Assembly: GCA_015680685.1 (NCBI GenBank)
Contig: MNCI01000690.1
Coordinates: forward strand, 274,487 to 338,486
Direction of reading: 5' to 3'
Length of the DNA stretch: 64,000 bases
DNA from: Gnetum montanum
Lineage: Eukaryota > Plantae > Gnetophyta
Positions 25,204-37,693 of this stretch are shown here, in pieces. The translations under genes were made by a program, and so were the position numbers. How positions within the stretch are numbered: the first letter of the stretch is position 1; each line of letters begins with the position of its first letter. The notes below the pieces were generated by a model. That model saw only the letters and a list, made by a program, of their open reading frames with translations. It was not told the DNA's origin and did no database searches.

Positions 25204-26260
25204 CATGGGAGAAGGTTCCCTCCTATTAAATTAACCTTCAAATCCCACTAAATCAAAATATTATAAAAAAATAACCAATATGTTAAAAACAAGAAACTAG
25301 TTATCTTTAATTAATATAATAAGGATTACAATCAATAGTTTTACAAACCACAAACATTCAAATCCCTCAAAACACTAAGATGACATTGCAAAGTAAAAGG
25401 CTCTACAACCAAATAGTAATTGTTCTCAATGTAAGGCACAACCAAATGAGATCTCTTCCACAAACATAGGATTGAGGTTCAAAACACACAAGAACATAAG
25501 AGACACATAAGTCAAACATGTATAATTAACATTGGAGCTATAACCACATTCTTCTACTCTCATAATGTGCTCTCATATAATCATCATCTTTCATCCATCA
25601 TGTCAAAACATGAAACACAATAATATTTTTTCCAAAAGCAAGATAAGAAACCTAGAAACCTTTTCCTGAGCTCAACTTGAAATTTTTTAGCTATTTCTAT
25701 CTTTTTCTCTTTTCATAGTTTTTTTCCACTTTGGAACTACCACCTTAGATCTTTTCTTAACCATATGGGTCATCTTTGGACGTTCAAAGATGTCTTCTAC
25801 AAAATCCCAACATTTTGATGAGATGTCTCCTAAGGATGTAAGACATCTCCTCTAGTAGTGAAATGTCTCACCTAAGATGTCTCCAAAAATTCTGGGATGT
25901 CTTCCCTAAGATATCTCCCAATAGGCTAAGATGTCTCCTTAGTAGCTGATATGTCTCCTTCACATAAGAGACATCTCCTATTAAATGTCAACTCTTAGCA
26001 AAGATGTCTCCCAAACATGTGGGATGTCTTTTATCACATCTCAATTCTTAGCCAAGACATCTCCTCAACCTCTAAGATGTCTTTCCAATACTCAAAACCT
26101 ACAAAAACCATCTATAGGAAAGAAAAAGAGAATCATAAGAGATGCTCCTATACCAACTCTTTGACCCTTCAAAAAGTGAACTCACTTGAATAAGGAAGTA
26201 GGGGTAGAATTGATCCCTGACTCGAAAAGTTTGGTATCATTCATCCATGCAACATCATCA
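25204..26260 (-). repeat. Element D 3' LTR (inner boundary approximate)
   Basis: First ~530 bp align by eye with 48526-49044 (e.g. tcctatta..ttaaccttcaaatccca; catccatcatgtyaaaacatgaaacacaataatattt). Confidence 0.8.
25775..26085. repeat. AGA(CG)TCTCC motif cluster in the D LTR
   Basis: Roughly 15 copies of agatgtctc / agacatctc / agatatctc. Confidence 0.8.
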
Positions 26261-26292
26261 ATGGATTGATCCTCCTAATAAATCAAGTACTC

Positions 26293-27037
26293 TTACCTAT
26301 TCATTCCTTGAATGCTTGAAGCTTCCCTTCCCTTGAGTATGATTATCTTCCTCTTCATTGAAGGCTTGGACTTGTCAATAGCCCCATTTAATTTATTTAT
26401 GTTATCATGTATGCTTTCATCATCAACTAGTTCATGGTAATGCACAACATCTATAACATTAAACATAAAAAATATACCACTATCATTGGATAAGTTAATG
26501 TCAAAGGAATTATTATTAATTTTTGTCTTTATTGTGAAAGGATTCATCTTCTTAGCTTTGAACTTAAAGAAGTTGATACCTATTAACATTTTCTTCTTCA
26601 AGTATACCAAAACTAAATCACTAAGAAAATTAAGGCTTCCTCTTGCCCTTATTCCTCTTGAGGACTATCTCTTTAGCCTTCTTTTCAAGGTTTTCCTTCT
26701 CTTATGCATCAAGATCTCTCATCTTTTGCATAAAATTAGCACTGAGTTGAGCTTCTCCCTCAAAGATCCTCACATTATCCACTATCTTAGGATAAAAACC
26801 ATAATTCATCTCAAATGAGATCTCACCAATGGCAACATAAAAATCATTATTATACAAAAATTCAACATGACACCATAAATTTTCCCATTGATTGGACTAT
26901 CCATCATATAAACACCTTAAAATATTTATTAAGGATTTATTCACCACCCTTTTTTGGTCATTAGAATGAGAATGATATGCACTAGAAAAATTTAATTTTA
27001 TCCCTAAATTTTTCCAAAGGGAACTTAGAGTCTCTAT
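26293..27037 (-). pseudogene. Element D integrase C-terminal half
   Basis: RDSKF..LWKNLGIKLNFSSAYH...VVNKSL; VYLKKK...KFKAKKMNPFTIKTKINNNSFDINL...FNVIDV (decayed CRM-type GPF tail). Confidence 0.8.
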
Positions 27038-28324
27038 TGTAGCGACTAAAAACGCCGATGGCTAGAACACTGAGAGGTTGTCGGGAAAACAATTTAACCC
27101 CAGATCCATGCGAGGGCCATGTTGGAGAGAAATGGAAACGGGATGCCCTGAATGGTCTAGTCGATTAGATAGGGACGATTGGTGTATCTTAACCTTTCGT
27201 AAACGTTTGTTTCAAAAACGATGCATGCAAAATAAATCGATGATCAATAAATGCAAGGCAATGAAAATAGTGCAAAACATGATGATAGTGAGCGAATAGC
27301 AAAATAGATTTGGGTGAGAGAGTGCACCACCCCAAAGGTCGTGGATTTGATCTTTTGCCTTGTTGAAAGGTGTACAACAGGTTATGCAACAAGTTCTAGA
27401 GCTATCCAAAGATGTCTTGATGCTTTCGTGTCAGTGTTGCACTACTCACGTTGTTGAGCACATTGGTGTAGTGTAAGTAGCTACTTGCTACGCTGTGCTA
27501 CGCTACATAGCATAGAATAGTGTAGCCACTGGTCTTGACAGAAATTTGTGTAGGAGCCAAAGAGCATTTGTCTGAGGCTTGGTCAAGCAAACAACTACAA
27601 CTTTTCTCCTTTATGCCGGGAAGCCTTTAGACTTGCTGAATTCATGTTTGGAACACTTTTTTTGTTTTTGCATTATTGCTATGCTGTGCTACACTATGTA
27701 GTGTAGCATAGTGTAGTAGCCAATGTATCATGCTTCCTTGTTCAATCCACCATTTTCTAACAAGAAAATTTTCTCAAGGCCTGAGGGCTAAGTGGGGCAA
27801 CTAGTTTTTGAGGTCGAAGTCTTACTAAAGTGCAATCTTCTTGTTGGAATCACTTGGCAAGATGGGCCTTTCTGCTTTGCCTTTGCTACGTTGTGCTACA
27901 CTGTATAGTGTAGCATAGCATAGCACCTTGTGTTGGTTGAATCCTAACTTGTCTTGCAATCATTTTGTCAATTCGCATGTGGACTCTTGAGTAGTTATCT
28001 TTCAAGGCTTACTATGTTGCACAGCGTAGCAGAATTCTTCACTAGAAAACTTGCCGAACTATTTTTCTCATCCTGAACACTTTTGACAACTCCTAGCATG
28101 GTTTTTGGGTAGATTGTTAGCTGGGTCAATTGTCCAATTGGGCAGGCTAGAGAGTCCAGTGGGCCTATTAGCCTTGGAGATAGAAAACTTGCCAGACTAG
28201 ACAGTCTATCCTCAATGCCTACACTTTCTTGCTAAACCATCATGATGCTGCACTTGTGGAAGTCCTTGCCCAAATTCCAAGACTCTACTGAAGCATGAGG
28301 ATCCTAAAATTTTATCGTGTTTCA
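27038..28324 (-). repeat. Element B 3' LTR
   Basis: TGAAACACG...GTCGCTACA, preceded by PPT ACAAAGAGGGACCAA (28325-28340). Confidence 0.85.
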
Positions 28325-29719
28325 TTGGTCCCTCTTTGTCGATGTCTAAAGGATTTTCCTGATAGACGTTGACAAAGAATATGAAACACCATGAAGGACA
28401 AGACACCAACATCACTCTCCAATGGTCGCTCAAATGTCACTTTGCTATGCTTGGGAGTATCAGGATAGTCATGCAGGAAAAAGGGGGAAAAGGGTGGACT
28501 TGAGGGGATAGGTTCAAGAAAAGAAAATATGAAACATAGCGTGGTCCCTCATCAGAGTGCTTGTGAGGGAATCGGCATGCATGGACATCTTTCTTTTGCT
28601 GGCTTTTGACCTCTTAGTAGAATGCTTAGAGATGGTCATTGTGAAACAGTTTGTGTGCCATTTTTTTTGGGCACAAGCTCTTTTTTTTTAAGCTCTTTTG
28701 CTCTTTTATGCTTTTGCACTTTTCTTTTATTGTTTAGCCATGTTCACTTGCAAACAACCTTGTTGTTGTAGGATAGGTGTTTCCTCCCCAAGATGAGTTG
28801 TGTTACATCCATGTGGGGCTTTGACCTACCTACAGATGCTTGCCATGTGGTGAGCTACATTACATGTGTCATGGACTTTGTAGTTCAGCATATGGAAGGG
28901 CTTTACATGCATTGAGAAATTTTGTAAAAGAGATGTAAAAAGGGAAATTGCAGGTGTAAGAAACAAGATGACGAAGGTTAAGAGGAAGGGAAGGATGTGC
29001 ACTCTCAAGTAGCTAAGCTAATCAGAGTAATCACCTTGGAATGATGTAGTGTCCTATCCTCCTGGTGAAATGCATCCCTAACCAATGCCATCTGGGCCTA
29101 TATCCTGCAAGTGCAACAAAAAGCATACTAGAGAAATATAACCATGAAATGCAGTTAGGCAAAGGTCTTACTTGCTTTAGACACCGCTGAAGTGGCAGGC
29201 ATTATTGCTGAGGCATGCAACATCCAAACTAGTAAGGCCAGTAGCTATTCTGGCAACGGTAAACTAAAGGGGTTGGCACCAAGGGGGCTAGGAGTTGTAA
29301 CAATGTGAGTGCTTAGGAGTCCCCACCCAAGGCAAACATCATGTACTTTAGCTATAAGGTGAGAAGCATAACAGCTGAACGTCTTTCGGGCTTGGATGAT
29401 GGCAAGGGCTGGAGGGTAGCAACTTTGTGGCTAGGCCACAATAGTGTTGAGACTCCAGTAGCAGGTGCTGACAATGGAAGCTACTGCTAGCACGATGGGC
29501 TGTGGTAGCGGTAGCTCCAAAAGGTCAGCAAGATGTCAAACAACATCTTCGGAGGATCAGCAAGATGCTAGGGGCAGTGGCATTGCATATGTTCCAGAGG
29601 ATGTTTTCTTATCATCATGAACCACATTTTGGAACTACAATGCCCCACCCAGTGTTGGCACTATGCATGCTCATTTGTTTATAGGGTCATGGATGCGAGC
29701 TGGGAATGTTGTGCTGTGA

Positions 29720-30025
29720 ACCCAATTTAAGGTCTTGGTAGACCATCAGATGTACTAGTTTAAGGTCCTAGTAGACTACAATCTGCTAGTTTAAGGTCCT
29801 AGTGGACCACTATGCTAGTTTAAAGTCCTAGTAGACTATTGTGCTAGTTTATCGTCATAGCAGATAGTGGATGGGCCAGTTTAAGGTCGTAGCAGACCTT
29901 ATGTTCCAGTTTTACATCATAGTGGACAATCTGTGCAGGTTTATAGTCATAGTGGACTATCTCTACCAGTTTATAGTTATAGCGGGCTATCTGTGCCAGT
30001 TTATAGCCATAGTGAACTATGGATG
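29720..30025 (-). repeat. ~30 bp tandem array (hairpin + TAAACTRG) after the B integrase stop
   Basis: About 10 units such as ctagtttaaggtcctagtggacc and ccagtttatagccatagtgaact on +. Confidence 0.9.
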
Positions 30026-30042
30026 CTTAACTTTCTTTTGCA

Positions 30043-33000
30043 TCAGATGTAGTATGGCTTAAGGTACAAGTGGTTCACTAGATTTGTAAACTCTCTGCCA
30101 TCCATATCTGCTAGTTTGAAGGCTCCATTCTCATAGGCTTTGTGACTATGAATGGACCTTCCCAGTTTGCTAAAAACTTATTTGCATGTTCATGGAAAAC
30201 TTTGAGAGCTAGGTCCCCCTTTTTGATTGGTTGTCGATGTAGGTTGGAATGATGCTTTTTTCACTGCTTATTTTGGTACCATTCAATATGACTCAGTGTT
30301 TATGCACGCTTTTCCTCTAGGGAGTTGAGGTCCATGATCCTTGACTCATTGTTCTGGGCTTCGTTCATGATGCTTGAAAGGATCATTTGAAGTGACGGTA
30401 CCTATAATTCAAGATGTAACACTATTTCAAATCTATAAACTAGGCTATAAGGAGTCTTACCTGTAGCCATTTTGCACATTGTACGGTAGACCCATAGCAC
30501 ATAGAGGATTTGCTTGTGCCATCGCCTCTTACTATTGCTAAGCATCCTTTTAAGCAAGTTGATGATGGCCTTATTTGTTGCCTCTACCTGACCGTTTGCC
30601 CGCGGGTAGTATGGCGACGAAAAGGATTGCTTGATGTCAAGGTTGCTACAAAAGGTTTTGGTTTTTTCACTACTAAATTATGGCCCATTGTCCATCACAA
30701 TAGTCATGGGAAGACCAAACCTTGTTACTATGTTTTCTAAGATAAAGTGGCAAACCTGTTGGAATGTAGTTTTCCTAAGGCGGATAGCCTCAGTCCACTT
30801 TGTAAAGTACTGGGTGGTAATGATGATGAAGCTATGTCCTATGGAAGACTTAGGTGTTATGGGTCCTATGATATCTAGTCCCCATCGTTAAAATGGCCAC
30901 GTGATTTGTGTAGGGTGTAACTCAGTAGGTGAAACGTGTATAAGATTTGCATGATGTTGGAATATATCACACGTCCTAACTTTAGCAAGGCAATCTCATT
31001 CCATACAAGGCCAGTAATACCCTAGGCGTCTGATTTTAGCTACCATGGCCGTAGGAGCTATGTGTCCTCCACATAGTCCTTCATGGACTTCGTTAATGAT
31101 TTTTTGTGCCTCTTCCCCACCAACGCAAGTTAGCAATATCCCATCAAAGGATAATTTGCATAAGGTATTATCTCCTACAAGGACATACTGCCATGCTCAC
31201 TTTCGGATTGCATCCTTTTGGGTGGATGTCAAGCTTTGTGGGGGTTCACCATGTTGAAGGTAGGCTTTAACATTAGCATACCACTCTTGGGCATTGGTAG
31301 TGCTTACAGAGGCAATGTGTACCACTTGAGTGATAGGATCTATGCATTCTGTTATTGAAGCAGGTAAATTTGCAAACAAGTGTGGTGGCACGTTTAATGC
31401 TAACATGGCTAAGGCATCTACTATAGTGTTCTCGTTGCATGGCACATGCTGGATATCTATCATTGTGAACTGTTTCAAAATTTTTTTGGAAAAATCACAA
31501 TAAGGTTGTAAGTGTGAAGCTTTACATGCATAGATTTCAGTGATCTGGTTGATGATGAGTTGGGAATCGCCTCGAACTGCCAAATGTTGGATCTTTAATT
31601 GATGGGCTACTAAAAGGCCTATAAGGAGTCCTTTGTACTCAGCTACATTGTTTGTACAAAGGAACATAAATGGTAAGCAAAAGGTTGAATGTCCCTTGAG
31701 GGGAATGTAATGACGGCGACAGAACTACCACCTCACGTGGTTGAGGCGCCATCAAAATGCAAAGTGGCCTCGAAGTGCAATGGCATAGGGTTGATGTTGT
31801 TAACATGTTCTTTGGGGAATTTTGATTCTATCATCACCTGATCATCGACTGGTGAGGTCATGAGCTGCATAGCTATTGCTTGTCCTTTCATCGATGATTG
31901 GGCTACATAGTGTAAATCGAATTTCACTATTATAGCTTTCCATTGAGCTATCTTGTTGCTTTCATATAAGTTGTTCATGATAGCCCGGAGTACGTTGCTC
32001 TTGCATATGATGTTAACCTGGCTACGGAACAGGTAGTGTCTCCACTTTTTTAATGTAAATACTAGGGTGAGACAATTTCTTTCTACTTCATTGTATTTTT
32101 CCTCATAAGCTATCAGTGCATGGCTCAAGTAATAAAGTGGGATTTCAGAGTCATCCTCTCTTTTCTAGCATAATAGTGCTACAATAGATGTGTCTGAGGT
32201 GGCAAGGTAGATGTAGAAAGCCTTATCCCTCTATGGTAGGTAAATAATTAGGAGGTGTAAAAGCTCTTTCTTTAAGTCATCGAAGGCTTGTTGACATTGT
32301 GTTGTCCACTTGAAGTTAACCCCCTTCTTTAGTAAGTGTTGCATGGGGTGTAACTTGTCGGTCAACTTTGCTATAAACCTTTTGATAAACTATATTCTAC
32401 CTTGCAACCCACGTAATTCTTTAAGGCTGGTAGGGGGTGCTAGGTTAATGATGGCCTTAACTTTGTCAGGGTCTACTTTTATTCTAGCCTCTGATACTAA
32501 AAACCCTAGCATGCGTCTAGTTTTAACTCCAAAAACACATTTCTTTGGATTGAGACATAAGTCATGCCTGTGACAATGCTTGAGGACTATCATTGGGATG
32601 ATCAATAGCTCTCTTAGACTTGATTGCTATGTCATCCATGTAATTGTTTAGTCTCTCTAGGAGGTAGTCATTGAATATGTACGTCATGGCTCATTGATAG
32701 GTTGCTTCGGTCTTTTTGAGACCAAAGGGCATCATAGTGTAACAAAAGGTTCCCCAAGGGGTCATGAAAGTAGTCGTTAACTGATTCTCTAGATTGATAC
32801 GAATTTGACTGTAAACCGAGAACCCATCCATAAAGGATAATAAAGCATGACCAGCTATAGTGTCGATAAGTTGATCAATACTTGGTAGTGGAAAGTCATC
32901 TTTAATCGTTGCTTTGTTTAGATCCCGAAAGTCGATACAAATTTGTATTCCTCCTGTTTTCTTAGAGACTACAATGATGTTTATTACCCACTCTGAGTAA

Positions 33001-33503
33001 TCAACCGCATGAATGAAGCCTACTTGATATAGTTTGGTAATTTCATCACGTACGGCTAGTGTGATTTCCAGTTTAATTTTTTGAGCCTTTTATTTGACTG
33101 CCTTGATACGCAAGTCTAAGATAATGTTATGTTGTATGAGTCATGAATCTAAGCCTGACATGTCATCATAGAACTAGGTGAGCACTTTGACATTGTCTTA
33201 GAGGACTTTAGATACATTCTTTTGCATTTTTGGATCTAAGAGGGAGATAAGTTTTAATGTCTTTATTTCCCCCCTAGATGTAGTTATAGGTATTTCGATG
33301 AGAGGGTCCTCAATCACGTCCCCAACCTCTAAGTCTAATGCTTGGACCAGATGTTCGAGCTAATCTAGGGATGTTTCCAGGGATGCTACAATGTTATCAG
33401 TGGATGATTCCCAATCTATTGACTCTAAGTTTAGATGTCTTGCAAGCTTTCCATGAGGACCTATCAAGGTTAAAAGTGAATGTAGATCACGCTGCACGGC
33501 CAT
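30043..33503 (-). pseudogene. Element B pol: RT - RNase H - additional (archaeal-type) RNase H - integrase
   Basis: KDDFPLPSIDQL, FMDGFS, MPFGL, YMDD, LNPKKCVFGV; KYNEVERNCLTLVFTLKKWRHYL; LHFDGAS...TNNVAEY.GLLIGL...GDSQLIINQ (aRH); HEGLCGGH, YYWP, WGLDIIGP, YFTKWTEA, ANWEGPF. Confidence 0.95.
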
Positions 33504-33634
33504 TTTGTTCAACCTGCCACAATAAGAAAAATCCAAGTCAAGTGATACCTATTTGTAGTAATAGCATGTAATAAACATTCGCAAAGCAACAATGAAACAT
33601 GAAGTAATTGTCAACTATTCGGCCAAGTTCGCAA

Positions 33635-33950
33635 CTTACCAGTTTAAGGTCTTGATGACTGTGAATGGGTTTGAACATGCAAGGGATATTAACTTTGCCA
33701 GTTTAAGGTCATGGTGGACCGTAACATTGCGAAATCTAGTTTAAAATATGAAATGGATACTAAGGCTGCCAGTTTAAGGTCATGGTAGACCATACTCATG
33801 CTATAGTGTACATCAAAATGTAAATTGAGGTTGCTAGTTTAAGGTCTTAGTAGACCATTAACAGGTGGATTTTGAGAACTAAGGTCACTAGTTTAACGTC
33901 TTTACAGACCATGGTGGGTAGGCTTTGTAAAGATAGGTTGCTAATTCAAG
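33635..33950 (-). repeat. ~60 bp-spaced hairpin-TAAACTRG copies upstream of the B pol splice acceptor
   Basis: ccagtttaaggtcatggtggacc-type units at ~33639, 33698, 33769, 33834, 33888. Confidence 0.8.
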
Positions 33951-34244
33951 GTGGGACGAAAGTTTTGGTTGGGACCCACCTGTTATGCTACAAATAATGA
34001 TGCTATGCTATAGCAGGATTATGACACAATAGTGCTACGCTATATGGGGCATCCCACATTACTCGGTGTGCAAAAATGGCAAGTTCTTTTCACCGCATTA
34101 GCTATAAATAGGGGTTTACTCCTGGTAAACTTGTCATTTTCATTATCAAAGCGCAGAACCCACATCCAAAGTGTAGCGCAGTCGTGCTGAGAGAAAGTAA
34201 AGTAGTGTAGCATAGTAGTTGACATAGAATTTGCAAGTGATATA

Positions 34245-37200
34245 ATGGCACCCAAAGACAAATGCAAGCACTAAGGACTTGCTAACGTGGATGAGGTAAA
34301 GGACACTTTGGGACACCTATCCAAGGTGCATGTTGAAGTGTGGGAGGAGGCTCTGTTTGCTTAGTAAGTTGCTACACTACCCTTATTTTTTAGACCATAG
34401 TAATTGTTATTGTGATGAAATCCATGTCTTTTGCGATTGTTTTGGTTGCCGTTTTTGCTGCTATGCCATCACTATTGCTGGTTCGCCAAAATGGCTGTAG
34501 GGACATTACTCTATAGCTACATGCGGTATTGCCTCGACCGCCATTGTTGTGACTACCTTGTTGTGGGGGTTTGGGTGATTCTAGATAGCTTAGCGCATGA
34601 TTAGAGTAGCGTACCATCCTCAGGAGGGTTTAGCCATCTACGAGATTTGACAACATGACACGTGTTTAACATAGTGTAGCATGAGTTATTTTGTATGGTA
34701 GAAGTATGGTTGAGATGGCTATAGCATAGTGAATTCTTTCTTATCTAAACTTTGTAATGTTTTTATTACACTATTTCGGTATGTCTTAAGGTCTTTAGGT
34801 TTGTCGCATTGCTATGTTGTTGAATCTGGAACACCGCTACATTGTTGAATTTGTTTCTGTTAAGTTTGCTACGTTGCCATGCCCGTCATAGTAATATGTT
34901 AATTACATTATTATATTGTTGCACGTCTATCTGTTCTTGTTCATTTGCAACATCACGTGTCATGTGTTTGCATCTAAGTGTTGTTACGTTGTGCGAGGCT
35001 TGATGACTATGCTACACTGCAAGTATCGTGTTGCTACATCACCTATGATTTTTATTCTATTTTTTTATTAGAGAGAGATTTGCAACTAAGAGATCATGTT
35101 ATGCTACATGCAAAGAAAGTGTCATGCTACGCTATATGTACACAGTGCTAACGTTTGATGCTTCATTGTGCAGGGTCATGTTGAAGCCCATTCTGATTGT
35201 CTTGGAGATTGTGGGAGTCCTGTGCTGCCTTAGCAAACTGATGGCCAATGTCACTCCTCCCCATGCACGTGTGGGACGATAGGTAGTTTGGTTCTGAGAG
35301 GGCACATGGGACTTCCTATAGTTCCTCCTCCATCATTTTAGTATGATTGTTTGGTCACACTTATCAGCAGAGATAGTAGCCGCAATCACAGAAACCCTGT
35401 TTCCTAGGGCAAACTAGGGCATTCTGAAATTTTTAACTAATGGATCAATCGGGGGTGATCAGGAAAAAGGTTCCAACTAGTGCCCAAAAGGCTTAAGATG
35501 CTTAAGTTAGATTTAGGAGATGCCTAAGTATAAGTGCTATCACTTATACAACACATTATTCGTTGCCCGTCACATGGGCACTTACTTTTAGTACCCACCT
35601 GGAACCATTTATAATGCTGGTGGGTGAGCTCTATGAAGGTATTTGATCATGTTGTGTAATCCATGCTACACTAGACATAGGTATTAATAGTGTGTATATA
35701 TATATATATATTTATGTGTGTTTCCAGGTTTTTTATTGATAGAAGTGGTCTCCACAGTGATACAGATGCCTTAGCATTAGCACAGATAGCCCTGCGGGAG
35801 TTTTCCTCTACTAGGAATGTGCACGATTACATAATAGGCCAATTTGGGGGTGAGTTAAAAACCCATCCAACCTGGTATTCCCAATTTTATGGGAAGTGTA
35901 AAGAATCTAGTTGGTTGGATAGGGAGTGGGCCTCCCTTAGGCCGCTCACCATTGAAGACATGTTGGTGGATCTCCCACCATTTTCCATGCCATTTAAACC
36001 TGGTACGCTAAACTATGAATTCACTATTACATGTTCGAGTGATGTTTATTTTTTTGCTAACTTTTTTCTTTTATTTTGCAAACCGTTTCAATGGCAAGGA
36101 AATCCCAAGAGGTAATTATGATCACCTTCGGGCACAACGAAACCAACCTCTTTTTCAAGTATGGGGAGGTGGAGGAGACCTAGCATTGGTTCTACAATGG
36201 GACCCCAACCACGCTTGTCTACAACCTTCAGGAGGTTGGGCTCATGAACTTATTTTTGATCATCAACCCAAACGTCCTACCTACCAAAATGCTTTCCCTA
36301 GCCGACTCCTTCTCCAAGAAAGTGGACTGCTTCCACACACGTGTTCACGGTGTGCAGGTGGTGTTTGAAATCAACAACCAACTGTTTATGAATCTTTTCA
36401 GTGTCCCTTCTAATGGTCTCCACGTAGGAGAAAAATCTAAGAAAGATGCAAACTATTAGGGGGACATTGAGGAGTGGCTAGGGGCGGCAAAGGACCAAAA
36501 GGGGATCTACATTGAGAAGGTCAAACTATAGGTGGCCAAAATGATTTACCCTGTTTTCCATGCCCATGCCTTCCCCAAGCTACTCTCTCAAGGAAAAATC
36601 CTTGGAATTGAGTAGGCTTGGATAATGAGGGATGCTATGGAAGAGGGGACTCACTACAATTGGATCAAATACCTGTGCAAAGGCTTGTAGGCTAAAATGG
36701 TCAAGCGTCGCGGGAAGCTTAAGTCCCGCTTCAATGTGCACCATGCCTTCTTTATATCATACTTGCAGCATTTTTTAAAATTTTTGGTAATCTGTGAGAA
36801 TGATGTCTGAGTGCTACAAGACCGCAACTAGATTTCCAAGTCGTGGATTTGCCAAGTCTTTCGTACCACCTGATCTCAAGACCCCCTGGAAGCTATTGGG
36901 GAATCATTTTCAATGACGACCAAGGATCAGGTGGCACACAACTTTTGTGCCTAGGAACGTGGGAGAGGCACCCTCCATTACCATTAGTAGTGTGACAAGG
37001 GGAGAACACCTCATTGCAAAGATGGTGACAACTAAGTTGCAATGCAAGAGATCTCTCCCAACCAAGGAACTTCCTCGCACAAATGAGGAAAGAGGGAAGA
37101 AGCTGCGGCTCAAACTTTGCAGAGTGCAGCCTCCGATTGGTAAGTTTTTTTTTTTTTTGCTAATACTTACTACATTGTGCTATGCTAGATAGCATTACAC

Positions 37201-37656
37201 AGAGTAGCTTTTATTCCAAGTTAGTATATCTTGCCTACTGTAACCATGTTTTATTAGTAGAGGAAGAAGAGGAAGAAGGGGAAGAAGAGGTGGTGGCCCC
37301 TACAATAGGGGTGACTGGTGAAAACGAAGAGGCTCCGGCCACAGAGGAAAGGGCCCCAACTGATGAAGAAGGGGCCCCTATTGTAGAAGAAGGGACCTCG
37401 ACTGGTGAGGAAGAGGTTCCTACTGATGAAGAGGAGGCCCCTGCCAACAAAGAAAGGGGTCCAACCAATGAGGAAGAGGCTCCCGGCAATCCGAAAGAGG
37501 CCCCTGCTAATGACCCTTTTGCAGAGAGTAGTTAAGTACCAAAGGGGAACATGAGTATTGAGGAAGCTACTATGTTATTGGGTCAGCTGGAAGGAGAGGG
37601 GCTCCATTTTGACACTGGTGATTTTGACAGCAGTTTTAACAGTGTGTCGGTGGGCG

Positions 37657-37693
<37 letters not shown>

